Under the pieces are notes generated by a model. That model ran no database searches, was not told the DNA's origin, and saw only the letters and a list, made by a program, of their open reading frames with translations. The position numbers and the translations under genes were made by a program. A stretch of DNA of 64,000 nucleotides from an uncultured bacterium (GTDB lineage: Bacteria; Babelota; Babeliae; Babelales; Babelaceae): assembly GCA_963713855.1 (NCBI GenBank), contig OY970209.1, forward strand, positions 704,001 through 768,000, written 5' to 3'. Of the stretch, positions 20,208 to 30,282 are shown piece by piece. The first letter of the stretch is position 1, and each line of letters begins with the position of its first letter.

Positions 20208-21608
20208 CTATTCTTTGTGAGCCATTTGGTGGAAGGCTTTAGCCTCGGCTTCGCCAAGCCACGAAAGGTTAATTCCCGCAATTGATTTTACTGACTGAGA
20301 CCCTAATCGCTCACGTAGAAGATTATAGCTATAGAGTGCTTCGAGCTTGTAAAAGGTACTGTCGGGAAAATCTTTGAGATTTTTCAAGCTATGTTTAGTA
20401 TCCCATACGAGATGCCAATTGAATTCGTGTTCGAACGCTCTTGTTTCAAACTCTTTTAGGCGAGCCGTCTTCCATTCTTGATAATCCTTTGCTTGTTGCC
20501 GGTCTTGCCACGCGCTATACACCTTTAAAAAATCGAGAGCACCTCTTGTTTTGGCTGGAATAAAGAAGTTAGCTGTTCTCTCAATAGCGCCTGTTGGAAG
20601 GCATTGTCCTCTTGTGTCCCAATCCCTTAAAGCTTTATTTATATCAATTCCATTTGCTATTAAAAAACCCGCTGTGTAAAGTGCAATTTTAAGCCCAGAT
20701 GGATGAACTGCATCTTCGTTGGCAATGCCGGGAACGCTAAATTGATTGATCATCCATAGAATTGTGTTTAAGTGATTTTTTTCCCATAATTTTTTGAGCG
20801 CGAATAGGTCGGCTTGTTGTTCGATGATTATGGATAGAAGCTTCTTTTGAAATTTTTGAGGATCATCGGGAGGGTTCCAGAAAGGTTCACCTTTTGCAAG
20901 TATTTGATTTATTCTTCTTCCTATTTCACTACTACTATCTATAGCGCGTGTTGCTAAACCGATATAGTGATTTACTGTTTCTGGAATTTGCTTAAAAACG
21001 GGATTCTCAAGATAGAACGTGTAATAATTATTATTCTCTGCATAATGTAGAATTTCAACGTGATTCTTTGCGATGTGGCCTAATTCATGATAAACAGTGT
21101 AGAGGCGATCATCGAGATCGGGGCTAGAACATAGTGCAACAACGCCGATCCCAGCCCAGCCCCCTTTGCCTTTGGTTGAAAGAGGGATTACAGAATGTTC
21201 TATGCCTGAAATACGACGAGCTTCTTCAATAAGTGCTATCTGGCTTGGAGAGGGGTATGAAGCACCGTAGCCTGTCGACGTGTGATACCCTAACTCGATG
21301 CTGTGTTTCTGTTTCTCTTTTAGACGCTCACTTTCGTATACAGGGAATGCTTCATCAGTTACTTCTTGGATCCACGTCTTATCGATATCACTCAAGGAAA
21401 GAGCAGTTGGTCTTTTTAAAAGCTCTCTTAAACTATTGTATGCCTTTAGCGCATAATATTTTTTATAAAAATTATAGTAACTTGTTGATTCCACATCTTT
21501 CAGATTCGAGAGTAGCTCTACTACAAGCTCGGGAAAATTCTCGGGCACGGATGAGCAGGATAGGGTAAAAGTAAGTAAAATAACGATAGCGTATTTTTTA
21601 AAATCCAT
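20208..21608 (-). CDS. Exported M48-like zinc metallopeptidase
   Basis: HELGH, EQQADLFA and HPS appear in M48 order. Signal or lipobox-like TLSC. Start at ATG 21608. Confidence 0.7.
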   Translation of the reverse strand: MDFKKYAIVILLTFTLSCSSVPENFPELVVELLSNLKDVESTSYYNFYKKYYALKAYNSLRELLKRPTALSLSDIDKTWIQEVTDEAFPVYESERLKEKQKHSIELGYHTSTGYGASYPSPSQIALIEEARRISGIEHSVIPLSTKGKGGWAGIGVVALCSSPDLDDRLYTVYHELGHIAKNHVEILHYAENNNYYTFYLENPVFKQIPETVNHYIGLATRAIDSSSEIGRRINQILAKGEPFWNPPDDPQKFQKKLLSIIIEQQADLFALKKLWEKNHLNTILWMINQFSVPGIANEDAVHPSGLKIALYTAGFLIANGIDINKALRDWDTRGQCLPTGAIERTANFFIPAKTRGALDFLKVYSAWQDRQQAKDYQEWKTARLKEFETRAFEHEFNWHLVWDTKHSLKNLKDFPDSTFYKLEALYSYNLLRERLGSQSVKSIAGINLSWLGEAEAKAFHQMAHKE

Positions 21609-21992
21609 TCGACGTCCCAAGATTTCTAATCTTTAAAAAAACAGTATTTATTATATATTAATTCATTTAATGAACAATAGTCAATAAAACAACTTAGCTG
21701 AGAATTGCGCGAGGTCGAAAGATATTTTATTTTGTCCGGGGCAAGATCAGTTGAAACACTGATTCTATATAATTCTGATAAGGCTTTTGAATTTGTTCAA
21801 GATGCCGTCATTAGTATTTTAAGCCACTTTTAACAACTAGAGCGGATTACAATATTTTAAAGTCATTTAACTATTTTCGTCATCTTATTGATGGTGAGTC
21901 AAGAATAGTTTATCGAGATTGCGGGGAAAATCTCTATGCACTTGGATTCGAATTAAAGATGAATCGACTGTTCATTATGGGCAGGTTGCTCA

Positions 21993-23191
21993 TTAATTAA
22001 CTAATCTAGCCTGTTCTTCCATAGTAGCCTTAGAAAAACGCTTTTTGAGTAAAAAGATCCCAATTCCGCCAGCGATAGCCAAGATCAAAGCTACTGTTCC
22101 AGCTCCGATGCTGATTCCCACAATACAAGCGGTGCTACAACCGTCACCAGAACTATCTGATGCTAAGTTGCTATGGTTATGCTACCCGTACCCACAAATA
22201 GCCCGTTTACAGTAGCAAGATAAGCACCATTAGGTGAAAAAGCCACTGCTTCAGATACCGTATCGTGTGTATCAAAGACATAAGAAATTGGGCTGCTTAA
22301 ACCTTCAGGCGTTACGGTAAATAGGGTCACATCATTTGAATAAGCATTAGCAGTTGCTAGGCAGCCAGTTGGCGAAAATGCTACTACCAGAGGCTTATCG
22401 GAGCCTGAAGGTAAAATGTACGAATTTTTTTGAGTTAGTAGTCCGTTCACAAATCTAAATAGAGTTACATCACTTGAGCCAGTATTAGCAGTGGCAAAAA
22501 ATAAACCATTTGGAGAGAACGCTACTGATTGAGGCGTGCTTGAAGACAAAGGCAAAGGGGAGGAAGTGCCATTGCTTAAAGTCGCTCCTTCTTCGATTTT
22601 AAATAGGGTCACATCGTTTGAAACTTGATTAGCCGTAACAATATATGAGCTATCGGGTGAAAATGCCAACGAATAGGGGCGAGTAGATTCAGAAGGTAAT
22701 GGGTACGAAGTACCGTTGTTCAAAGTGCCTCCCATTTCCACTTTAAATACTGTCACATCATTGGAAAGCCAATTGGCGGTTGCAAGGAACTTGCCGTTTG
22801 GTGAAAATGTTACACAATAAGGCTCTGAAGATTCTGCAGGCAAGTTGTAGTTTCTTGTATTTGGATCTAATGTGCCGTCCGGATTTACCGTAGATATGGC
22901 TACACCAACAGCACAAGTAGCAAGATATAAGCCGTTCGGTGAAAACTGTATCGACTGATGACTATCGTGGGGGTAGGTCGTGCCGGCATTCAAATTTCCA
23001 TTAGTTAGCGTAAACATTGTCACACTATCAGCATTAGCTGTAGCTAGATAGATTCCATTTGGCGAAAATGCCATGCCTGCTGGGTTCACAACGTTGTCAT
23101 GTAGATCATGGGTGCTTGAAGATGCAACTGAGCAACTTTTAGGCTGTATATTGCTTGCAAAAGAAAGTATTAGAATTAAGAAAATGAGCAT
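21993..23191 (-). CDS. Secreted single beta-propeller protein whose C-terminal TM anchor is out of frame
   Basis: About 7 repeats of AFSPNGxxLATANxxSNDVTxF. Stop at 22163-22165. The -1 frame encodes a paralog-like TM tail ending at 21993. Confidence 0.8.
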
Positions 23192-23837
23192 TCATTCATC
23201 TCCCTCAAATGAGCAGTTCATGTACCTTCTGTTTTGTGTAAAAACAGCTTTACCATAAGGCATCAGATAAGCAAATAGTACATCAACGCAAATTGTAATG
23301 TGCATCTGGTTGGCTTAAGCTAACTATACGTCATGGGTTTGTCAAGTCGCCAATATGCTGCAGCCTTAAGCGAAATTGCTATTGATAGTTCATAATGATC
23401 AGGAACAAACCTTATCTACTTACTGAAAGAAGTAATGGATAAGGATGTTATGAATGGATGCTGATGAAAGAGGATGAAAGTAAGGCAGCTAAGATTCAGT
23501 GAATAACTCAGTAATTGGACTGCAAATTAATCAAGACGTTGATAAAATTGCGGTGCAAAAGGTCAAGATAAGAGATCTTCTGATTTTAGCTTCAAGCTTT
23601 GGCCGGCTTTGTAAGACCTAGGTCACATTCTGGCAAGTCAAAGCCACCTGTTTAACTCTTGGGGCGTGATTAATAAAAAATAGTGATGAGCTTTTTAAGG
23701 CAATAGTTGCTTAAATCCTGCCGACTTTTTTGCATTTTTATTAAAGTTTAGGGAATGTAAAACGTCATTCGAATGTTCGCGGTAATCAATAATTTTTGTT
23801 ATAGTTACACCGTTATTTTTTGTTGAAAGGACCTCAA

Positions 23838-24278
23838 ATGTGTAATGCAATATTTGTGATTATCATGTGTAGCCTTGCATCGGTAAGCAGCTCTAACTGC
23901 GCAACATTATTTGAGAATGATGAATCGTTTACTTCTGATATCGCCAGGTTTAGTCTGGATAGCTGGGATATTGAAGATAGCTTCGATAAGGTGCTCATTC
24001 TGGGAACCGCTAATGCATTAGTACGTGAAGAAGAGCCTGTAACCGTTAATCACCTTGAGCTTAAAGGCAAACCGGAAATTCTCGAAAAAGTTGTTATAGG
24101 AATTCAAGATGGCGTGCTTGTAATCACTGCACCGGATGGATCAGAGCCTATTGAAATCTTTCTCCGTCTACCCAAAGGGACATTGACTTCTATTCACCAT
24201 AGCGGTAATGGTAGGTATCTATTTCAAGGTGAAAATTTTTCAGCAAATGGCGGCGGCGGATACTTTAACGAGGCATAG
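23838..24278 (+). CDS. Exported protein with GIN/DUF2807-like domain (short)
   Basis: FDKVLILG..LELKG..LEKVVIGIQDGVLVI..L..I..SGNG. ATG at 23838. Confidence 0.55.
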   Translation: MCNAIFVIIMCSLASVSSSNCATLFENDESFTSDIARFSLDSWDIEDSFDKVLILGTANALVREEEPVTVNHLELKGKPEILEKVVIGIQDGVLVITAPDGSEPIEIFLRLPKGTLTSIHHSGNGRYLFQGENFSANGGGGYFNEA

Positions 24279-24531
24279 GAAACTTGCAATAGCTCTCAAA
24301 GAAGCGTTCTATTAGTTGCTGTGGTACCCCATCCTTTTGTGGTAATTGATTTTCCTTGTGTTATAAGGTCCAGGTTTGGGCATTTGATAAGCCAGATTTA
24401 CTCTTCCGCATTTTCCCACCTAATTCCATTTTATTCCTCATTTGATTTTTCAGGAGACATAGACTTAGTATATCGCTTTTGGTATGAGATTTTGCTAATA
24501 TAGTCGCAAAAAGAAGCTTTTAGGAGAGAGT

Positions 24532-26076
24532 ATGTTGATGAGTGAGCAGGAAAAATACTCTCTAACTTTCAAAGAGATACTTGACGATAAGCCGATTTAT
24601 GCTGGTCGGCTTTTGGAGCGAGCAGCTAGGCGCTGGCCGAAACGTACTGCCGTTATATGCCAAGGTGTGCAGCTGACGTTTTTAGAACTTTTTAATGAGG
24701 CGCTCAAAATTAGCGTCCAGCTTTCAAAAGCTGGCATAGGACGACAAAAGCGCGTTATGCTTTTATACGAAAATGCGCTTAATTTTTATAGAGCTTATCA
24801 TGCCGTCTGGCAGATCGGCGCTGTGATAGTGCCTGTCAACACGATGCTCCATCCAAACGAGCTAGCTATTATCATAGCTAATGCGCAACCTGACGGGCTT
24901 ATTATTTCTTCTACACTTTATGAAAAATATAAAAGCGTCATAGAGACAATTCCTTACGTTATGACTACAGCTGATTTAGAACGGTTCGTTCAACAAGGAA
25001 CTGCAGAAGTAAAACTGGAAAGCCTTGAGCCGCAAGAATTGAGTGTAATTCTTTATACCTCGGGTACGACAGGAATACCAAAAGGTGTCATGTTAACCTC
25101 AGAAAATATTCTTGTAAACAGTATACAAGCTAGCGCGCGTTTTACCATCTATCCCACTGACAGTTTTTTGGCCGTGTTGCCTCTTTTTCACAGCTACACA
25201 CAAAATAGCTGTATATGGTTTTCAACTCTTTTTGGTTTAAAAACTATTATTGTTCCAAAGATTGAGCGCAGCATGCTTATTGAGGCATTAGCTTATAATC
25301 CCACAGTCATTTTCGGCATCCCTCAGCTTTATGGGCTTTTTTGTCTTCTTAAAAACTTACCATTTCCAAAAGTGCGCTACTTTATGTCGGGTGGCGATCT
25401 TCTTCCTAATAAAACGCGCATGTCTTTCGAATTGATCTACCGAAGAAAAATCTGTACTGGTTATGGCCTAACCGAGGCTTCGCCGTTTATCTCTATCGAC
25501 ACCGATGACACCTTAAAGGTGCCAGACACGGTTGGTAAGCCGTTTGTAGGCATCGAATGCTCACTTAAAGATGAAGAAGGTGTTGAGCTCCAGTCGAATG
25601 AAACCGGGATTTTATGGGTCAAGGGAAAAAACGTTATGCTTGGTTATCATAACGCTCCAGGGCTTACAAAAGATGTTCTTGTTGACGGTTGGCTTAACAC
25701 GGGTGATATTGCGTACTTTACTCCATCAGGAAAAATAGTGCTTTACGGTCGCCAAAAAGACCTTATTAAAAGTAAAGGTGTCAAGGTGTACCCTCAGGAG
25801 ATTGAAAATGTAATCCTGGAACATCCACTTGTAATAGCAGCAGCGGTAGTAGGTGTGCAGACTGGGGAAGAAGAGATACCAGTTGCGTACGTGAGCGTAA
25901 GAAAACAAGCCTTACAGGATGCGCAAGTTATTGAGGAAGAACTGAGAGTTTTATGCGCGTCGCATCTTGCGACATACGAAATACCGCGCCGTTTTTATAT
26001 TCGCGATACTCTGCCTATGACGACAACCGGTAAGGTCGACAAAAAAGCACTCAAAAGAGAAACTGATGCGCGCTAA
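24532..26076 (+). CDS. Long-chain fatty acid-CoA ligase / AMP-binding enzyme
   Basis: YTSGTTGIPKG, GYGLTE, WLNTGD, VYPQEIE and TGKVDK. Confidence 0.92.
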   Translation: MLMSEQEKYSLTFKEILDDKPIYAGRLLERAARRWPKRTAVICQGVQLTFLELFNEALKISVQLSKAGIGRQKRVMLLYENALNFYRAYHAVWQIGAVIVPVNTMLHPNELAIIIANAQPDGLIISSTLYEKYKSVIETIPYVMTTADLERFVQQGTAEVKLESLEPQELSVILYTSGTTGIPKGVMLTSENILVNSIQASARFTIYPTDSFLAVLPLFHSYTQNSCIWFSTLFGLKTIIVPKIERSMLIEALAYNPTVIFGIPQLYGLFCLLKNLPFPKVRYFMSGGDLLPNKTRMSFELIYRRKICTGYGLTEASPFISIDTDDTLKVPDTVGKPFVGIECSLKDEEGVELQSNETGILWVKGKNVMLGYHNAPGLTKDVLVDGWLNTGDIAYFTPSGKIVLYGRQKDLIKSKGVKVYPQEIENVILEHPLVIAAAVVGVQTGEEEIPVAYVSVRKQALQDAQVIEEELRVLCASHLATYEIPRRFYIRDTLPMTTTGKVDKKALKRETDAR

Positions 26077-27160
26077 AAAAAAAGTCCTTCACGTTATATC
26101 AAGCTTACATAGAGGCGGTGCTGAAACTTTACTTGTTATGCTTGTAAATCGCTTAACTGAGTATGAGCATCACGTGTGTTATTTTCATGAAGGTCCCTTG
26201 CGATCAGAGCTTGAAAACGCAGGCATTTCACTCACCCGCATAAAGGGTTTTCTGGCCCCCTATGACCCAATAGGCTTTTACAAGCTTTTAAAATGCGTCC
26301 GTCGCTTTAAGCCAGACGTTATTCATACGTCCTTATGGGCCGCAAATCTTATTGGCCCCTACATAGGTGCGCTGTGCAGCGTTCCTGTCGTAAGCGCTTT
26401 CCATACGCTGTGTGAGCATGAAGGAAAACTACGTACACTCATGGCGCGCTTTGGTGCACTTTCTCCCTCGCGTTTTATAGCGGTGTCTGATGGTGTTGCC
26501 CAATCACTTCAAAGATCGGGACGAGCGTATTTGAAAGAGATTACCCTTATACCAAATGGAATCGATACCTATGCTTTAACCCAAAAAGCTCAACGACCGA
26601 TAGCATACAAGCGGGATCACCTTTTTACCTTTGGGAGTGTTGGTCGCCTTGTTCCCGTCAAAAATTATACGCTTCTTCTTGAAAGCTTTTACGAGCTTAA
26701 AAAGCAGCATAACGCTATTCGGCTAATCCTAGTCGGTAACGGCCCACAAGAGAGCGTCTTGCGAATGCAGGCAAAAAGGTTAGGTATAGAGGATGCTGTA
26801 CTATTTATTGTCAATCAGGAGGCGGCACCTTATTACCACCTTTTCGATTGCTTTGTGCAGCCGTCGCTCTATGAAGGGCTTTCATTAGCACTCCTTGAGA
26901 GCATGGCTCTAGGAGTGCCAGTTATTACGACGAGCGCTCATGGGCAGCATGACGTTATTAAACATCTTCATGATGGGTTCTTGATAAAACCAAATGACGG
27001 TAAAGCGCTGACCGATGCTTTGAGTATGGTTCTCACTGATGATGGGTTGAGGCAGAGTTTTAGGAAGGCTGCTAAAATAACAGTTGCTCAAAACTTCACA
27101 CTCGATACAACAGCGGCTAACTACGACAAGATTTTGAGACAGGTGATGAAGGCCTTTTAA
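26066..27160 (+). CDS. Glycosyltransferase family 4
   Basis: GGAE, IPNGID, VGRLVPVKN and EGLSLALLESMALG. Overlaps the upstream ligase. Confidence 0.92.
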   Translation: MRAKKKVLHVISSLHRGGAETLLVMLVNRLTEYEHHVCYFHEGPLRSELENAGISLTRIKGFLAPYDPIGFYKLLKCVRRFKPDVIHTSLWAANLIGPYIGALCSVPVVSAFHTLCEHEGKLRTLMARFGALSPSRFIAVSDGVAQSLQRSGRAYLKEITLIPNGIDTYALTQKAQRPIAYKRDHLFTFGSVGRLVPVKNYTLLLESFYELKKQHNAIRLILVGNGPQESVLRMQAKRLGIEDAVLFIVNQEAAPYYHLFDCFVQPSLYEGLSLALLESMALGVPVITTSAHGQHDVIKHLHDGFLIKPNDGKALTDALSMVLTDDGLRQSFRKAAKITVAQNFTLDTTAANYDKILRQVMKAF

Positions 27161-27189
27161 AAAATCAGAGGGCGATTGCTCGCCCTCTG
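27160..27189 (-). terminator. Intrinsic terminator whose U-tract is on the minus strand
   Basis: 10-bp stem CAGAGGGCGA-TTGC-TCGCCCTCTG (27166-27189) with an A-run at about 27159-27164. Confidence 0.75.
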
Positions 27190-27314
27190 GCCTCATCAAG
27201 GTTCGACCAACTTTACGCGGCTTTTGCTCGCCTTTGAGGCTAGGCCAAAAAGCGGTCGAGCTTTTAAGCACATTTTCTAAAGGCTTAAAAAATGTAGCTC
27301 GAGAGTAGTTAAAA

Positions 27315-27416
27315 CTACAAAGGCCAATGTGACAATGGCCAGGATGGCTTACGACCCAAAGGCCATGAAGCTGCTTGACGACCTAAAGGCCAATCTAGAG
27401 AGATATAAGAGCACAT
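27315..27416 (-). CDS. 33-aa WPL-repeat peptide MCSYISLDWPLGRQAASWPLGRKPSWPLSHWPL
   Basis: RBS AAAGAGGAG just upstream of the ATG. Four in-frame WPL repeats with synonymous variation (TGG CCT TTA, TGG CCT TTG, TGG CCA TTG, TGG CCT TTG). Downstream terminator on the same strand. Confidence 0.7.
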   Translation of the reverse strand: MCSYISLDWPLGRQAASWPLGRKPSWPLSHWPL

Positions 27417-27555
27417 ACCGTCTCCTCTTTAAATAAGGATGAAACCGACTATACTTAGGAATTGAACTATTGAAGTATCAAAAATCCTGTTACTAGGGAT
27501 TAAAGTGTAGGCTAAAATAAAAAAAAAGCAAAAACTTTAAAAAACATTGGTAAGT

Positions 27556-30282
27556 ATGTTGAATTTGTTTGTTTCCTTTTTTAGGGCTGTGACGCACCCT
27601 TTCATATTTACAAGCCTTAAACTGTTAATGTTTTCTTTTAAGGTTTATTTCATTGCAGAGCTCTTTAAGGCTAAAATCCATACCAAGGTACCACCGCGGT
27701 TAGGATATTCTTTAATCATTTCGCTTATCATTAACAGTTTAGGCGACGTGCTTGGCATTGTGTATATTGGCCTTAAATACCTGAGCGATTCTTTTTTTAT
27801 TAACGAAGTCGCATCAATATGCAGAAAGCTTACACGTCCTATAAGTATAGCCGAAGGCGTATTATTCGCGTTGTTTATCAATGGCCTTATTCAGTTAGAT
27901 AGGGGAAAGAAACTTTCAAGGACTGCCATAGTATTTTCTACACTTGGGGCTTTTTTGTTATTTTGCCAACTTCTATCTATAACGCTTCCTATAAAGCGTC
28001 TTCAGGTTATGGACACGCTCCTTGACATTGACTTAACCGTATATCGAATTACCATTTTCTACTCTTTGACCGTTCTTGCAACAACTTTGCATCACGCTTT
28101 AAGGTCTATTCGCAGCAACGTCTTACCGCGTATTCTTACCGCACAGCTTAGAGCACTTTTAATGTACGCGTTAACACCCTACGTATCTATTGGATGTATC
28201 ATTTTTCTTATAACGCTTTTTTCAGATATTGGAAAACAAGAGTTTTATCCTATTTTTGGTTTATCTGCTATAGCCGTCAACTATATCTTCTACATCTGCT
28301 CTCGCCGAATCATGAAACTACGCTTTCTTAATTTATATGAGGACGTCCAGGTTAAATACGACAGCGAATTTATTAAGTATTTTAACGATGCTCTTGCAGG
28401 ACTTGCAAAAGCAACTGCCCTCTATCAGGTTGAAACGGTTACCAAAAACTTTGTTAGAGAAGCTTTTGAAATTCCTTTTGAAAAGACCCTTGTGTTTGTA
28501 CGGCCGTTAAGGTCAAATCAAGCTTTGCCAGAACTAGATCTTTATCAGGAAGGTTTACAATTAACGATTGAAAATCATCTTGCCAACGCTCCACAAAATC
28601 AAGCACTGCGTGCCTTATTAGAGCAATCAAAAATTTTGGTATTGGATGACCTTGAATTTACTTACTTTTATCAGCCCGATGAACTTGTAAAAAGAGCTAT
28701 TACGTTTCTCAAAAGTGCTGAAGCAGAAGTGTTTTTGCCTATTTATGACAAGCACTTTTTAATAGGCTACGTTATTGTTTGTCAAGGTGCGCGTGCACAT
28801 AAACTCTACAGCGCTGTTGACAAAGAAGAGATGATCGCCATGGCTATTTATCTTGAACGTGTGATTAACCTGTTGCAGCATGCAAATCCGGAACTCGTGC
28901 TTAAAAAACAAAAAGCACTTAATGACGAGTTAAAGGAAAAAGATCACGAATTGAATCTTTATAAAGATGCGCTTTTAAGCTTCAATCAATATAGACGCGA
29001 TCGTAAAATCGGTATTATACAGTATAAAAATAGGCACTTTAAGTACGTTAATACGGAAGCTCGCCATGTCATACCTATCGATCTTGATAATGAAGCCGGC
29101 CACTATGTCACACAGACACTTAAAGGATTAGGTGATCAAATCAAAGAAGATGGTACAGCTCACGTAACGCTCAGTTATGACCACGAAGGTCACCCACTTT
29201 TTATTCGGGGCATGCCAAATAGCCATGACAGTAGTATCATCTTTATTGTCATGCATGCTGAAATTGGTGACATTCTCAATTACACGCTTCCCACACTATC
29301 AGCGTCGGCCGACTGGGATTACGCCCTATTTTTACAAACGACTAAGGCGGGAAAGAGAATCAATGAGCTTATACCTGGGGCTACGCCGACGATCACTCAG
29401 TTTAAAATGAGTCTTTTGAGGGCTGCAATAAGTGAAAAGCCTTTGTTTTTGCATATTCCTGAGGAAGATGTAGCATTTGTTTCTGACATAATTCATTACA
29501 CAAGCTCACGAACGTACTTTGAGGTTTTAGAGGTTCTGCAACCTGAAAAAAACAATGAGGTGGGCCTTAAGCTTTTGGGAAGTAACCCGCTTTTAGAGCG
29601 GGCACCTAAAGAGCGTCCTTTTTTAGAAAAGCTTAATGCCCTTGGTACATTACTTATTAAGAATATCGATTTACTGCACATAGAAACGCAAATAGCGCTC
29701 GTAGAATACCTGCGGTATGGTTTTTTTCATCCCCTTAGGAGCGACCGGCGAATAGAGACAGATGTGCGACTTATCTTATCAAGCACGAAAGATATTAAAA
29801 GCCTTGTTCATGAGGGCGAGTTTTCATTAGAGCTCGCTGAAGAATTATCCCAGTGGACAATCACTCTTCCGTTAATTAGCCAGCTTCCTATTGCTGAGCA
29901 AGAATCGTTAATAGAAAGCTATAGAAAGCAGATATTGCATAAGGAGGCTGCTCAAACGCTTCTTGAAATTTCACCTAAAGAAAAAGCAAGTATTATCGAA
30001 AGAAAGCCGTCAAGCCTTGACGAATTAAGAAGGTGTGTCCATCTTCTTATAGCATCAAAGGCTGCAAAGAAGAAAATTCCCGAATTTGCACTTGATAATG
30101 CTCCTGTGGCCGCTGATCCGGAGTTGCAAAAAGCTGCTGTTCTTGGTAAAAATGCTCTTAAGGATGCGCGTATTGTTACGATGCTCTGGCACAAATTCAA
30201 AAGCCAAGCAAAAATCGCTCAGTTTTTGGGAGTCAACCGTTCTTCGGTGCATAAGCGCTGCAAGGAATATAACTTATCTTAG
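27556..30282 (+). CDS. Membrane-bound regulator: about 7 TM, GAF-like, degenerate sigma54-activator AAA, Fis-type HTH
   Basis: Seven hydrophobic N-terminal segments. VFLPIY..LIGYVIV. GTLLIKNIDLL..Q..DVRLILSSTKDI. HTH SQAKIAQFLGVNRSSVHKR. Confidence 0.8.
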   Translation: MLNLFVSFFRAVTHPFIFTSLKLLMFSFKVYFIAELFKAKIHTKVPPRLGYSLIISLIINSLGDVLGIVYIGLKYLSDSFFINEVASICRKLTRPISIAEGVLFALFINGLIQLDRGKKLSRTAIVFSTLGAFLLFCQLLSITLPIKRLQVMDTLLDIDLTVYRITIFYSLTVLATTLHHALRSIRSNVLPRILTAQLRALLMYALTPYVSIGCIIFLITLFSDIGKQEFYPIFGLSAIAVNYIFYICSRRIMKLRFLNLYEDVQVKYDSEFIKYFNDALAGLAKATALYQVETVTKNFVREAFEIPFEKTLVFVRPLRSNQALPELDLYQEGLQLTIENHLANAPQNQALRALLEQSKILVLDDLEFTYFYQPDELVKRAITFLKSAEAEVFLPIYDKHFLIGYVIVCQGARAHKLYSAVDKEEMIAMAIYLERVINLLQHANPELVLKKQKALNDELKEKDHELNLYKDALLSFNQYRRDRKIGIIQYKNRHFKYVNTEARHVIPIDLDNEAGHYVTQTLKGLGDQIKEDGTAHVTLSYDHEGHPLFIRGMPNSHDSSIIFIVMHAEIGDILNYTLPTLSASADWDYALFLQTTKAGKRINELIPGATPTITQFKMSLLRAAISEKPLFLHIPEEDVAFVSDIIHYTSSRTYFEVLEVLQPEKNNEVGLKLLGSNPLLERAPKERPFLEKLNALGTLLIKNIDLLHIETQIALVEYLRYGFFHPLRSDRRIETDVRLILSSTKDIKSLVHEGEFSLELAEELSQWTITLPLISQLPIAEQESLIESYRKQILHKEAAQTLLEISPKEKASIIERKPSSLDELRRCVHLLIASKAAKKKIPEFALDNAPVAADPELQKAAVLGKNALKDARIVTMLWHKFKSQAKIAQFLGVNRSSVHKRCKEYNLS

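Noticed and set aside
23200..23810. Long intergenic region with purine-rich, coding-like stretches
   Set aside because: No ORF of 60 aa or more within it and no recognisable homology or structure; it may be a decayed gene but that is unsupported.
24321..24503. 60-aa ORF upstream of the acyl-CoA ligase
   Set aside because: GTG start without a convincing RBS or motif.
26909..27271. 120-aa minus-strand ORF downstream of the WPL peptide
   Set aside because: Mostly antisense to the glycosyltransferase, crosses the terminator, and has no motif or clear RBS.
27315..27395. AAAGGCCA repeats as a mini-CRISPR
   Set aside because: Units are too short, and their spacings are multiples of three, which the WPL codons explain; no cas genes.
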